A stretch of 64,000 nt of DNA. It comes from Candidatus Bathyarchaeota archaeon. Lineage in GTDB: Archaea > Thermoproteota > Bathyarchaeia > 40CM-2-53-6. The position numbers and the translations under genes are program-made. Positions 53,772 through 64,000 of the stretch are shown here, piece by piece (positions within the stretch are counted from its first letter, which is position 1; every line of letters begins with the position of its first letter). The notes under the pieces were generated by a model that had not been told where the DNA came from, did no database searches, and saw only the letters and a list, made by a program, of their open reading frames with translations. The stretch spans positions 416,001 through 480,000 of the forward strand of contig CAWHWX010000016.1 in the NCBI GenBank assembly GCA_963833125.1, in the 5' to 3' direction.

Positions 53772-54266
53772 TTGTCTGAACGGAAGTTGCGGTTCAGGAT
53801 TCGTAGAGGGAATTTCGAAATCGAACTCGAGGGAGAATTCGACTATGTGCAAGGGAAATTCGAGGAGCTAATGAGATCCCCGCCAGTGGGGGCTGGGGGG
53901 GTGCAAGCCTTAGGTGACCAATCGGGCCAGGCATTTGTGCCAGGGGAGGAGCTTGCCGGAATTCTAGAAACTACTTCAGAAGGTAAATTGCATTTCACTA
54001 TACCCTTCGATAGAATCTCGGCGAAAGAAGCCATCGGAATCATTGTTTACGGAAGTAATCCTGCACCCATCGAAGACGCCAAACTAATCGAACTTCTTGG
54101 AACAAGTTGGAAGGCGGTCAAGGATAACGTTGTGCGAGCGAGGGTTAGCGAGTTGAGAAAGGAGGGCAAGCTGATCGCCGAACAAGGCAGGTACTCACTT
54201 TCAGGGGCCGGACTCCAATGGATAAGTCAAGATGTGCTCCCTAAGCTGAGACCGGCAGCAGCATAG
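53772..54266 (+). CDS. beta-hairpin/helix N-domain plus winged-HTH protein
   Basis: RFRIRRGNFEIELEG...; VRARVSELRKEG.L....GRYSLS..G wHTH wing. Confidence 0.65.
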   Translation: MSERKLRFRIRRGNFEIELEGEFDYVQGKFEELMRSPPVGAGGVQALGDQSGQAFVPGEELAGILETTSEGKLHFTIPFDRISAKEAIGIIVYGSNPAPIEDAKLIELLGTSWKAVKDNVVRARVSELRKEGKLIAEQGRYSLSGAGLQWISQDVLPKLRPAAA

Positions 54267-54441
54267 TACTGGATAATCCTAAGAGTACTAATAAGGGATA
54301 ATAAGACTCGGTGTACTCATAATTCTCAAAAGGCAGAACCCAGGCGCCGATTGTTAGGCTCTGGGAATAAAGGGGGAAACGTCCTCGAGTGGGAACCCGA
54401 GAACGCACAGTCGGATCTACAGTGAGGAATGCCGGAGCGTT

Positions 54442-55077
54442 CTAACCGCCCTGCGGAGGTGATGTCGGGGTTATGGAACTAACGGTGAGGGTGTTGGGTG
54501 AGCAAGCAGCAGAATTGGCAACGACGAGGCTTGTGCTTGTGATCGATAGCTGTCCGATTACGTCAACCCAGCTTCCGATCGGTGGGGATGATGCTGGCAA
54601 GTTTTGTAGCGTGTAGTGTACGAATTGGAGGCCTGACCTCCAATAGTTCGGGTCTGTCGTTTGAACTGAAAGTTGGGTGCATCCGTTTCCGTTTTGGACT
54701 AGGTAGCCATAGCAGGTTACTTGGTTGCTGCCATTGCCGCCGACAGGGGTGCATGGTGTGTATGTGTAGCCTTGTGCGGGCGAACATCCGTAGTATCCAC
54801 ACGTCTGATAGAACCCAGGCTCTCTACCGTTCAAATTGATCGCATTATTGACTGCTGCGGCGCTGGTTACTGTATTGGTGTTGGTGGCGGTGACGGTTTG
54901 GGTTTGTGTGCTGAAGAAGTTTTGAGTATTCGTTAGGTACTGTTGCTGGGTTACTGTCGCCACGTGCGGGATTGACATCGTGTACCCTGCGTATCCTAAG
55001 CTGAGAATCGCAACGAGAGCAGCTCCGATAATTGTCAGAGTGGTTTTGTTCATTTTCAACACGTTATAGTGGGGCAC
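54442..55077 (-). CDS. secreted Thr/Cys-rich hypothetical protein
   Basis: N-terminal TM/signal; Thr-rich linker; Cys pairs. Confidence 0.6.
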   Translation of the reverse strand: MPHYNVLKMNKTTLTIIGAALVAILSLGYAGYTMSIPHVATVTQQQYLTNTQNFFSTQTQTVTATNTNTVTSAAAVNNAINLNGREPGFYQTCGYYGCSPAQGYTYTPCTPVGGNGSNQVTCYGYLVQNGNGCTQLSVQTTDPNYWRSGLQFVHYTLQNLPASSPPIGSWVDVIGQLSITSTSLVVANSAACSPNTLTVSSITPTSPPQGG

Positions 55078-55195
55078 ATGGAAAACCGGTTAAGGGTATT
55101 TCCACCCAGTAGAAAGCGACTTCACTAGGTGGAATCAAATTCACCGCGACAAGATCCGACGTCGCCATCGAATACCTTGCGATCATCATCGAAGT

Positions 55196-55474
55196 CTAGT
55201 TTGAATTCGATTTAGCCTGTCCATCAAGCCATTCAAGACGCCGAATCCCCCTGTCCGTCAACGAGTAGGTAAATTGCCCTCCGCTGCGGACACGCTTCAA
55301 CAAGCCTTGTCGGTAATAGCGCATCAAAGCCATACGGATCGCATGAATCTCAGACTGTACTTTTCCCGAAGAGATGAGAATCCGCAAAAGCGAATCGCTA
55401 TCCAACGGCCCCTTGTCCGCCAAGACTCGTAACAGAACCCGTTTCAACTGATTATAGTCCAAATTACACTCCAA
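55196..55474 (-). CDS. small winged-HTH protein
   Basis: IRMAL.RY.RQGLL.R.....F.Y.LTDRG. Confidence 0.7.
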   Translation of the reverse strand: MECNLDYNQLKRVLLRVLADKGPLDSDSLLRILISSGKVQSEIHAIRMALMRYYRQGLLKRVRSGGQFTYSLTDRGIRRLEWLDGQAKSNSN

Positions 55475-55694
55475 CTCTACACCATTATGCTTTAAAACAT
55501 TGCATTTCCGTGCTATTGCTCGTCAGATTCCATCTGAACCGAACGTAAGTAACACCTAGCAGAACTATCGATTCTGACGTAATCCTGCTCGAACCCGCAC
55601 AAACGGCAACGTGCAAATCGAGTAACACCTAGCAGGGTTAATGTGCACTTCAAAGCTTTTATACTGTGTAGGATTGAAACTGAAATGAAAGTAA

Positions 55695-56228
55695 ATGCCG
55701 GAAGGCCAACAGGAACTCACAAGCCTAGCACAGCCGCTAGAAGTCATCATCAGATACGGAACTCTCGAGAAGAAAATTACCGGTCCACCAGACCAGGTCG
55801 CAAATGAAGTTCTATCATTCCTCAACAAAGCTATTCCCCAACTCGAACTCGCGTCCCACCTGTCCTTATCCGTCGACATCAACGAACTCGCAAAAGCCTG
55901 TGAGGGGATTCTCGCGGTGACGCCCGAAGGGGTCGTCGTCACCGTCCCAGTCGATAAGCTGGCGGACCGCGAACTCCTCCTCCTCTACTTAGCGAAGGCA
56001 TCGATCGCGCAAAAGCTGGGTAAGGCAGACAAGGATCTCGTGCAATCAGCTGATTTGATCGTCGCAACCAAGAAATCTGCAGGAACCGTGGCAGGCAGAC
56101 TCAGCGAACTCTGTGGTGAAAGTTTAGCGGAGAGAAAGGGCAAGGGTGAGTACCGGGTGACAACCCTCGGGTTGCACTTATTTCGCGAACAGGTTATTCC
56201 CAAACTAAAATCCAGCTTGGGGAAGTGA
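55695..56228 (+). CDS. beta-hairpin/helix N-domain plus winged-HTH protein
   Basis: TVAGRLSEL..E.L.ERKGKGEYRVT..G. Confidence 0.7.
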   Translation: MPEGQQELTSLAQPLEVIIRYGTLEKKITGPPDQVANEVLSFLNKAIPQLELASHLSLSVDINELAKACEGILAVTPEGVVVTVPVDKLADRELLLLYLAKASIAQKLGKADKDLVQSADLIVATKKSAGTVAGRLSELCGESLAERKGKGEYRVTTLGLHLFREQVIPKLKSSLGK

Positions 56229-56232
56229 AGAC

Positions 56233-56742
56233 ATGACTCAAGCTGAAACTTTGCAGGTTAAGGTGCAGATAGACGTGGAAGGCATGCACTACGAGGGCAA
56301 CGGGTCGGTCGAAGAGATCGTACCGCAAGTGATGCAGTTTCTCATCCAAGCCGTCCCCACATTCAATCTCGCGAAGAAACTCGTATATGTTCCCGATCTT
56401 GCAGGACTCGCTGACAAAGTCGCTGATTTCGCTAGGATGACTTCGACCGGGCAATTACTTCTAACTCGCATTAACCTACCAGCTGAGAAAGCGATCACGG
56501 TGATACTCTTCATGGCCCAATTGGCGGGCAAGATGGGCAAACGAGGATCAGATTCATTGAGTATTGAGGAGATTTCGACCGGAATAGGCAGGGCGCCGAA
56601 AACGATTAGAAACGTCCTCGTCCAGCTTCAACGGTCTAGTCAAATTGATCGTGCCGACCGAGGTAGGTATCGAATCACTTCCAAAGGCCTCATGGAACTC
56701 GAGCGATCCCTAGTGGAGTTACGCGGAGGAGGTAACGCCTAG
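56233..56742 (+). CDS. beta-hairpin/helix N-domain plus winged-HTH protein
   Basis: LSIEEI...IG.APKTIRN.L..L.....I....RGRYRIT.KG. Confidence 0.7.
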   Translation: MTQAETLQVKVQIDVEGMHYEGNGSVEEIVPQVMQFLIQAVPTFNLAKKLVYVPDLAGLADKVADFARMTSTGQLLLTRINLPAEKAITVILFMAQLAGKMGKRGSDSLSIEEISTGIGRAPKTIRNVLVQLQRSSQIDRADRGRYRITSKGLMELERSLVELRGGGNA

Positions 56743-56805
56743 GTTCTAGGAAAGTGTAGGTTTCATGGCCGCACATAGAGAGAGGGTGCGGCGGCCGCGG
56801 GGGAT

Positions 56806-57951
56806 TTGGGGAATCGACCCGCTAACGGGGGCTGGAATGAAATGAGCCGCCACACCCACCAAACCACAGCTACGCAACAGAAGATAAGTAACTTTCTCTG
56901 CCCGGAGGACTCCGGTAGCGTAATTCCAAAGCACTTCCTAGACTTCTGCCGCGATTCAGTGGAAGCGATCAGAGGAAATCAACTCTACACTGTACCCGCT
57001 GTTCCACCGGACTTCGGGAGCACACAATATGATGGAGCCGACGGGTTCACGTTGGACCTAGCCGCCGATAGCGAGCACATCGCCAAACTTGACTCTATTA
57101 CTACAGACCGGCCAGTAATCGCGGTTGACACATCATCCATCAAACTCGGTGAACTCGCAGACGGAGTGCTATGTGCGTTGCGAGGAGCCGTAGTTGTTCT
57201 TGAAGCAAATCAATATCGCTATGTGAAGTATGGCCCGTTCGTCTTTTCGCTTGGTTACAATAGTCCTCTCGTCTCTCAAAGTTTCACCAACCTTGGCCTA
57301 CCGCCGTTCTCAGGCGAGCCAAATATCGACAGTTTACTGAAACGAGTTCGGAACATGCTTGAGCGATGGCTTCAATACAATGCAAGTTCCTCCGTTAGAA
57401 ACGCTTTCCTCCTCATCGACGGCTCGCTCACTGCTGGAACGCCTGACAACCCTTCCAGAGACCTCGAACGTATCTTGCAAAACGCGCGCAGTTCAGGTAG
57501 CGCTCTAATCGCCATATCGAAGAAAACTAAGCTGCGAATAAGAAATGAAGGACTAACTGCGCTGCTCGAGCATGAATCTGATCCTTGTTTACTGGATGTT
57601 GACACTGAGATTACGGAGCAGTTTCCTCCATATCCAGTGCAGTTCTTGGGTCGGGTTTTTGTGGCAAAACTTGCCAGGTTCGGTTTTCCGTTCAGAATCG
57701 ACATCGACAGGCAAATTCCCGCCGACGCCGCCGTGAATGAGATTGCTCAGCTTTCTGGCACAGACATTGTAGATCAAGGTTATCCAGAAACCCTCAGAAT
57801 GGCTCACGTACTATCGACTTTCACAGCCATGGATGTACTTGCCATGCAAGCTTTCGCTCAGGCTGAATTCGGAGTCCAGATGATGCCTAAACTTGCCCTA
57901 CGGCATTCACTATTTGGTCCGTTCGGGACCGCGTGGGAGGCTCTTCATTGA
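56806..57951 (+). CDS. nurA: NurA-family 5'-3' nuclease
   Basis: IAVDTS, LIDGSL, ISKK, FRID and GYPE.L.MAH. Confidence 0.85.
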   Translation: MGNRPANGGWNEMSRHTHQTTATQQKISNFLCPEDSGSVIPKHFLDFCRDSVEAIRGNQLYTVPAVPPDFGSTQYDGADGFTLDLAADSEHIAKLDSITTDRPVIAVDTSSIKLGELADGVLCALRGAVVVLEANQYRYVKYGPFVFSLGYNSPLVSQSFTNLGLPPFSGEPNIDSLLKRVRNMLERWLQYNASSSVRNAFLLIDGSLTAGTPDNPSRDLERILQNARSSGSALIAISKKTKLRIRNEGLTALLEHESDPCLLDVDTEITEQFPPYPVQFLGRVFVAKLARFGFPFRIDIDRQIPADAAVNEIAQLSGTDIVDQGYPETLRMAHVLSTFTAMDVLAMQAFAQAEFGVQMMPKLALRHSLFGPFGTAWEALH

Positions 57952-59406
57952 AGATTCTCAAAAAAGAAGCTGACGACATGCACCTCTTATGCTTCCCAGA
58001 TGAGGAGGTCGACAAAGGGGACTACTTACTCGTAACGGATAGAGTCAAACAACGTTCCCTAATCGTACAAGTGATCGACATTCAATACGCAAACATACCC
58101 GGTATCCTGGAAGATCTACTCAGGGACGGCATATCCGAAGGTTCCCTCTCAGGCGATGAAGTCGACCCTTTCAAAGTATCATCGCAGATCAGAGTCCTGA
58201 AAGATACGAGATTGTTGGTTGGAAAAATCAGAGGGGCAATCGAAAACGGCCGCATAAGCAGAGATGTTGCCTGGTTGCCGTCCAGGAACCATTCTCATGT
58301 GGAAGCAATGCCGGCGAAACTATTCCTAGAGAATCTGTCGTCAAGGCACGCGTTTGAGATCGGGTCAACGCACCGTTTCCCTCATATCAACTCAGACCTA
58401 GCGGCCCTCGACGGACGGCTAAACATAGTCACGGGTAGGAAAGGGACGGGCAAGTCACATCTTACAAAGCTTCTCGTGACGAGCCTCGTTCAGGAAGGCG
58501 CGCCGGTGGTCGTTTTGGATGTGAACGGGGAATATGTCAACTTGGGACGCTCTACGGACGGACGCCAAATGCATTTATCACCAAAGATAATTTCTTTGAT
58601 CCCAGGCCTAAACCTGAGGTTCAGCCTAAGGGAAGTTGGGCTTAGCACCCTGTTGGGGACATTGATTTATGCGCTCGCGCTCCCCGAGAACTCTGCCCGC
58701 ATATTCAGCCGGATCTGGCGCGACCTCGAACGGCAGAATCAACTTACTATGGCGGCTCTCGGCGCAGCAATTGCCAACGCCGACTGCCACGAAAGTATCA
58801 AAGACGCACTCCAGGCCAGGTTCAACACCCTCGACGATTCCGGCATATTCACCGACGACAACCGCACAGCCCTAAACCTTGAAGAACTCTTCAGAAACCA
58901 TTCCACTGGCTGCGCCCTGATCGTGAATATGAAGAACCAGTACTCGGCCCTGCGACGAATCGTTGTTGAGTTGCTTATCAGTAAATTCACGGAACTCCTA
59001 TCCACCCAAAAACTCCGCCGCACTCTTCTTGTTCGCAGAGGAGGCCCACTTGTACCTGAAGGAAACTTACTGGGATGACGTCGTTACACGAATGCGGCAC
59101 TTGGGCCTATTCACCACTTTCGTTACAAACCAACCGGATACGATTCAGAGCAGTATCTACCGTCAGGCTGACAACGTGTTCCTATTCAACTTCAGCAACG
59201 AACACGATCTCGAGATCGTTTCAAAAGTAGCTAAAGTGGACGCAGATACAATACGTATGGTTGTGCGGGATCTTCCACCACACCGATGCTTGGTGATCGG
59301 TGATGTTGTAGCGAACTTTCCTTTAGTTGTGAATGTGCGCCCGCTAGAGATTCAAACCCTAGGAGCAACGCGTTACTTCTTCGAAGACGCACTAGCAGTG
59401 GCCTAG
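57948..59406 (+). CDS. herA: HerA/FtsK-family ATPase (frameshift near 59015)
   Basis: HAS-barrel-like N-terminus; GRKGTGKS, D.NGEY, AEEAH, RMRHLG and TNQP; TTGA overlap with nurA. Confidence 0.88.
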
Positions 59407-59454
59407 CGGATACAAGGCGAGCCTGGTTGCAGACTGACCTGCTTTAGACGTGGT

Positions 59455-59601
59455 CTATGAGCTGACGGTTAGGACTCGTTCGGAAACCTCGTGTCCGTGG
59501 GTTGTGGTGTGGAAGAAGCAGTAAGGGCGTCCACATTCCGAGCACGTCCAATTCGCGGCACTCGTACATATGAAAGCGGAACAGCGACCCATTCGCATCA
59601 G
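59455..59601 (-). CDS. small AN1-like zinc-finger protein
   Basis: C....C.......CSECGRPYCFFH....H. Confidence 0.5.
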   Translation of the reverse strand: MMRMGRCSAFICTSAANWTCSECGRPYCFFHTTTHGHEVSERVLTVSS

Positions 59602-59790
59602 GCCGCGCACATATCGAAATTCGATATAAGACTTCGCCCAATGGTCGCAAAAAGACGCAACAAATCGCAGAAAAAAGACTAGAAATCCTTGAGAGCGATC
59701 AAAGGAAGCCAATTCTCGGTAACCCTACGCAGTATAAAGACTAAATACGCTGGGGCGTCCTTTCGCTGATCATAAGTGGAGGTGTGAGAG

Positions 59791-59957
59791 TTACCAACTC
59801 ACGGTTCGTTAACTAAGGCAGGCAAAGTCCGCTCCCAAACCCCGAAAGTTCAGGGACGTGAACGACATTCCCCTATCCCCAAGATAAGGGTGAGAAGGAA
59901 TTCTGAGAAACGTTTCGAATTGGGACGGAAGCCGGTCAAAACTACCTACGCACATAA
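59791..59957 (+). CDS. rps30e: 30S ribosomal protein S30e (absent from the ORF track; 1-nt deletion near the 3' end)
   Basis: PTHGSLTKAGKVRSQTPKV; SD GGAGGTG upstream. Confidence 0.92.
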
Positions 59958-60325
59958 TCGCCGGTTTTTTTCTCGGCGCCCATACCCTTTCTAGAATTTA
60001 GTTCCGAAGCTACCCCGCAGTGCCGCGATTGCCCAGAGTGCGGCCGTTTACCGTTCTACCGGAAGATCCTTGCTAGCCTCTGAAGCCTCGACAGTTCCTT
60101 TTGGTATGCCCCAAGGGACATGATTTCCTCAAGGCCATCGAAAGAGTTCATCTATACTCACAACAAGGAAGAGTGGTGTGCCAATAAAATTGATCGTATG
60201 ATTTTCAACATGTCGAAATATTACTCGTCTACACACTCGGAATGGTAGGCTAGAATTTAGAGCACCCAAAAATCACGCGGTGAATTGCATCACTATTTGC
60301 CAATGCGAAATATCTGGCAGCTCGT

Positions 60326-60532
60326 TCAAGTGGCGCGCTTGCGAGACCCAACAATGAGAGCTGCACAAACAACGGCTGCGACCGCTAAAGCGATGAGAAT
60401 GTAGAATTGGTCTCCAAGACCAGAGGACGTATTGGTAGTTACTGGTATGTTTTCTAGTGAAAGCGGTGTTTGGCTTGTAGCGGTCGTCGTTTCGAGCGTG
60501 CTTGAGCTCGTTGAGGGTTGTCTGTGGGGCAT
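60326..60532 (-). CDS. C-terminal fragment of a membrane-anchored Ser/Thr-rich protein
   Basis: S/T linker, TM and RKR tail; no clear N-terminus. Confidence 0.35.
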   Translation of the reverse strand: MPHRQPSTSSSTLETTTATSQTPLSLENIPVTTNTSSGLGDQFYILIALAVAAVVCAALIVGSRKRAT

Positions 60533-60649
60533 TAGCCACGGCGTTTCCTACCTGGCAACCAGTCGACCGGAACCTGAACCAAGAACCGCTTTTTTCATTC
60601 AGCTTTTCCGTGGGGGATCGAGCAGCATGACTCGTTTCAATGAGTGAGG

Positions 60650-60751
60650 TGGCGGGCCCGCTGGGATTTGAACCCAGGATTTGCGGCTCCGCAGGCCTTC
60701 GGGAGAGTTGTAGCTCTCTCACCGTCCTGATCCAGACTAGACTACGGGCCC
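60650..60751 (-). tRNA. tRNA-Arg(GCG) with 23-nt intron at 29/30; CCA encoded
   Basis: GGGCCCG/CGGGCCC acceptor stem; GTGGC-CTGCGGA-GCCGC after splicing; intron hairpin GAGAG/CTCTC; T-loop TTCAAAT. Confidence 0.9.
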
Positions 60752-60891
60752 GTTGCCCCTTTGGTTGTTCCTTTAATGGTTCGCATTAAGGGCGGGCACC
60801 AAAACAGTAACGACTGTCGGATAAATTAACCTCGTTTCATGGGTTCTTAGACGGACCGTACAAAGCTCCGTACCTGGATTCCGGGTGAAAT

Positions 60892-62524
60892 CTAACTTAA
60901 GAGGCCATGGCGGTCCCGATCGCTCGACCTAAACTGCCGGGCCACGTTTTCGCTGCCCATGGCTTTGATGTAGGGCCCTAATCGGGGTCCGCGGGGTGAT
61001 CCTAATAGAATGGTGTAAAGGAGTTTGAAGAAGTTCGAAGGTTCGATGGCGTACTTCTTCGCCAGGTTGAAGATGCTGTTTTGTAGAATCCTCTCGTCGC
61101 TTTCACTTCGTACAATCGATATAAGGTCCTCTATCGCGAGTTTCTCTGTGTTTTTTATTTCAATTTTTGTCTCCGGGATCTCTTGAAAATCTTTCGCCCA
61201 ATTTGTTGCATAATTTAGCTCCTGCTGGATCTCAGGTGTTACTCCATTCTTGAGATAGCCGTATTCGCGAAGTTTTTTTTCGATATAATCGATTCGATTA
61301 TCGGCTGGCGAAATGGTCACAAGGTACACTAACAAATTGTATGGGACGTGAGCCCTTGCGGCTTGGGGTGGTTTGAGGAAGTAGGCGTAATCATAGAGCC
61401 CTTTGAGTTTAGCAGCTTCCTTCTCATCGCTCACCGTGCGTAATCCAAAGTAGATTTCTTCCAAGCGGTTTAGTTCGTTGACGAACGTGGGGATGTCCTC
61501 AACTCCAACGTTTCTCGCACCTGTAATTCGTTTGAACATGAGAAGGTTGAGAGAGGCGGGTGGAGCGTACTTGAACCATGTCTGCGGAGTGAGCACGTCA
61601 ACAGCTGACTTCGATTTGGAGATCTTTTGCCCACCTTTGTCGAGGAAAAGTTCGTAACGCACATGGTAGGGTGGAGGACAGCCGAGTATCTCTTCACAGA
61701 TTCTGTCGTTGATCCGCACCGAGTCGGAGAGTTCCTTTCCGTAAGCTTCGAAATTTATTTCAAGCGCCGCCCACCGTGCCGTCGAACTCGCCTTTCCACG
61801 GAAGCTTTCCCCTTCCATCCGTGATATTCGTCTCTCCCTTGTAACCGCAACCAGTGAGTTGTTGGCCTCTGATTTCGGCCGTACCTTCGCATGAGTAGAG
61901 TACTTTGTCGGATTTCTGGACAAACGAGGTTGATTTTGTTGTGTATATTCGTCCGCAAGAGCCGCAAATCGGAAAGTAAGGCAGCACAGCCGTGAACTTT
62001 TCCTGACCCACTTCTTCCTTGACTATCTCTCCTACTTTCTCCGCTGACGTGAGTATTTTTCTGACCTGGTCGAGGAGGAGTCCTTTTCTGTAGTCTTCCG
62101 TTGCGGAGTGGAAAACATATTCAACTCCGCATTTGTCCATCGCATCCCTGAGTAGGGAATTAATGTGAACGGCGTAGCTTTCGTGGCAGTTGTATGGGTC
62201 TGGAATTGCGGAAACCGGTTGGCCTAGAAAATTCTTGAGCGAGTCGGGCATTCCAGTTGGGATTTTTCTCAGCCCGTCGAGATCATCTGAGTAAGCGATG
62301 AATTCGGCCTTTCGGCCTTGGGTTTCGAGAGCGATCTTTACTCCATAGGCCCGGATGGCGTCTCCTAAGCTACCTATGTGTGGGATTCCTGAAGCTCCCA
62401 GACCACTTTCGGTCCGGAGTACGATTACTTTCCTGCCGAGTTTCTCTTCGTGTTCTATCACCCGGCGGGCGACCATATCGAGCCAGGTGCCGCGGCCTAT
62501 GATTTCGGTTCTTTGGTCTGACAA
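60892..62524 (-). CDS. lysS: class I lysyl-tRNA synthetase (frameshift near 61780)
   Basis: SG.PHIG (HIGH), D.LRK.P, GKL.W, FEAYGKE, KISKS (KMSKS) and GPRLG. Confidence 0.95.
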
Positions 62525-62614
62525 AGCTAATTCCCTTGTAATGTTGCGGCAGATATTCTTTATAGCCCCTGTGCGTACGGTAACAAATTCGTCAAGACGT
62601 AACTGATAGAGGAA

Positions 62615-63175
62615 GTGGAGAGTTCGGCATCGAATCGCTCAAACAAGACTGCATCAATTGTGGGCGTAACCGTCATCGTCCTCTTACTTGATTTGCTCTT
62701 CGTCTTCTACATGACCTCCCATGGACTTAGTTCCATGACCAATGAGCTCAAGATCGGTGGGGTTGGTTTTCAGCTACAATGGTTACCGGTTCTCGGAGTC
62801 CTGCTAGTATCATTAGTGGCCTGGTACGATGCGTTCACGAGGATATTCCCTCGATGGGTTGGCACCGAGGTAGATCCTCTTTCACGCCTTCGTTTGATTA
62901 GAGTCATCACCTTATCGCTCGCAGTTTTTGCCTGCTTTCTATATGTTCCATTCCTGCTAGGGTCAAACTGGTACTGGGATGGAATAAGCTCCATGAGTCG
63001 GAGCATCACTCAGTTTCAGGGCTTTGGAAACTGGTTGTTAAGCATTGAAACGCCTCTGTTGTCGCTGGATCCATTGTGGCAATATTCCATTATCCAAATT
63101 CTGGCATGTGGGGCCATGATCTGCTGTACATGGGCGTTTGTGCGGCCGATGAGACGCCTGAGAAAACCCAGATGA
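62615..63175 (+). CDS. multi-TM membrane protein
   Basis: About four hydrophobic helices. Confidence 0.65.
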   Translation: MESSASNRSNKTASIVGVTVIVLLLDLLFVFYMTSHGLSSMTNELKIGGVGFQLQWLPVLGVLLVSLVAWYDAFTRIFPRWVGTEVDPLSRLRLIRVITLSLAVFACFLYVPFLLGSNWYWDGISSMSRSITQFQGFGNWLLSIETPLLSLDPLWQYSIIQILACGAMICCTWAFVRPMRRLRKPR

Positions 63176-63251
63176 GCGACAGCAAAGCCAATCCCTTTCG
63201 CTCAGCGAACCCGCCCTTCGCCAGCTCAGATGTTAATTGACGGTTGGCAAA

Positions 63252-63485
63252 ATGGTCGATCAATGTTCTGTCTGCGAAAAACCTCGGAATGAACATTCAG
63301 AATACTGCAGCGTCCACGAAGCCGCGAAGACAAACCTAGAAGCCGAATACGCCAATTGGTTTAGGGCATTCAGCGGAGCTATTTCCAAGGAGGAGTATTT
63401 TTCGAGGTTGCTAGACCTTGAGGAAACGGGTGAGGCAGTCAAGAGGCTGATACTGCGCAGTCAAGCGAACGCGGTGCCTCAATAG
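63252..63485 (+). CDS. small zinc-binding protein upstream of topA
   Basis: CSVC...YCSVH; abuts the topA start. Confidence 0.6.
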   Translation: MVDQCSVCEKPRNEHSEYCSVHEAAKTNLEAEYANWFRAFSGAISKEEYFSRLLDLEETGEAVKRLILRSQANAVPQ

Positions 63486-64000
63486 TTGAAGACTACGCTT
63501 ATTGTTACCGAGAAACCGGATGCCGCGCTACACGTCGCAGAAGCATTGAGCGGTAGAACCCAAGGAAGAAGGATCAACGTTAACGGTGTTCCCTTCTTTG
63601 AAGTGAAAAACGGAGAGCGCATCCTAGTCTGTTCTGCGCTTGGCCATCTGTACACGGTTGCGGCGAAAGGAAGTGGTTTGAGATCCCAATATCCAGTCTG
63701 GGATTGCTCGTGGAAGCCGAAGCATTTGGCAGAACGAGGGCAGCAGAGACAGGAAAAGTGGATCCAGTCCATCACACAAGTTGCGAAGGAAGCGGACCAT
63801 TTTGTGAATGCGTGCGATTATGACGTTGAAGGGTCATTGATCGGTTACACCGTTCTGAAGTATGCGTGCAACGGTGCAGATAGGAAAGCTCGTCGTATGA
63901 AGTTCTCAACCCTAACTGAGAAGGAACTAAGGGAAGCGTATGCGAAACTGCTTCCCCAGCTAGACTTTCCACTTGCCTTCGCGGGTATGTGTCGTCATGA
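63486..64000 (+). CDS. topA: DNA topoisomerase IA, N-terminal TOPRIM domain (runs off the window)
   Basis: TTG start; LIVTEKPDAA...AEAL, SALGHL, NACDYDVEG and RMKFSTLT. Confidence 0.93.
   Translation, partial: MKTTLIVTEKPDAALHVAEALSGRTQGRRINVNGVPFFEVKNGERILVCSALGHLYTVAAKGSGLRSQYPVWDCSWKPKHLAERGQQRQEKWIQSITQVAKEADHFVNACDYDVEGSLIGYTVLKYACNGADRKARRMKFSTLTEKELREAYAKLLPQLDFPLAFAGMCRH

Noticed and set aside
60273-60722. 149-aa ORF on the minus strand
   Set aside because: Its N-terminal part is a translation of tRNA-Arg, so the extension is spurious.
547-62524. More than 20 frameshifted genes as mass pseudogenisation or programmed frameshifting
   Set aside because: Breaks also hit essential lysS and rps30e, often at short homopolymers, with motifs intact on both sides. 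Long-read indel error is far more likely.

Overview
Archaeal chromosome segment, most likely TACK and probably Bathyarchaeia-like. Support: class I LysRS, ribosomal protein S30e, a Cren7-like protein, a PolB1-type polymerase, tRNAs with BHB introns at non-canonical positions, PEF/PGF-type sorting tails and frequent TTG/GTG starts. Many genes are split by single-base indels, including essential lysS and rps30e; this is best explained by long-read assembly error, and split genes are listed merged. The backbone holds a ClC channel, a glycosylation cluster, DsbA, PolX, NnrD, an opp ABC transporter, an APC permease, surface proteins, NurA-HerA, lysS, topA and two intron-containing tRNAs. Two accessory zones stand out. 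(1) About 10.4-20.3 kb, bracketed by an identical 21-bp repeat, contains an orphan tRNA-Ser 3' fragment, TIR, HEPN and nuclease-NACHT defence genes, three Zn-finger ORFs and a PolB1 paralog whose exonuclease domain is cleanly missing. (2) About 30.5-35.8 kb contains a dispersed repeat whose core occurs in both orientations, truncated and chimeric genes, a second HEPN and an orphan RHH/TerS-TerL pair. Other strong leads are a riboswitch-like leader that can sequester the Shine-Dalgarno of queT, and a NurA-HerA pair associated with three similar wHTH proteins instead of Mre11/Rad50. All calls are motif recognition by eye; no searches were run.
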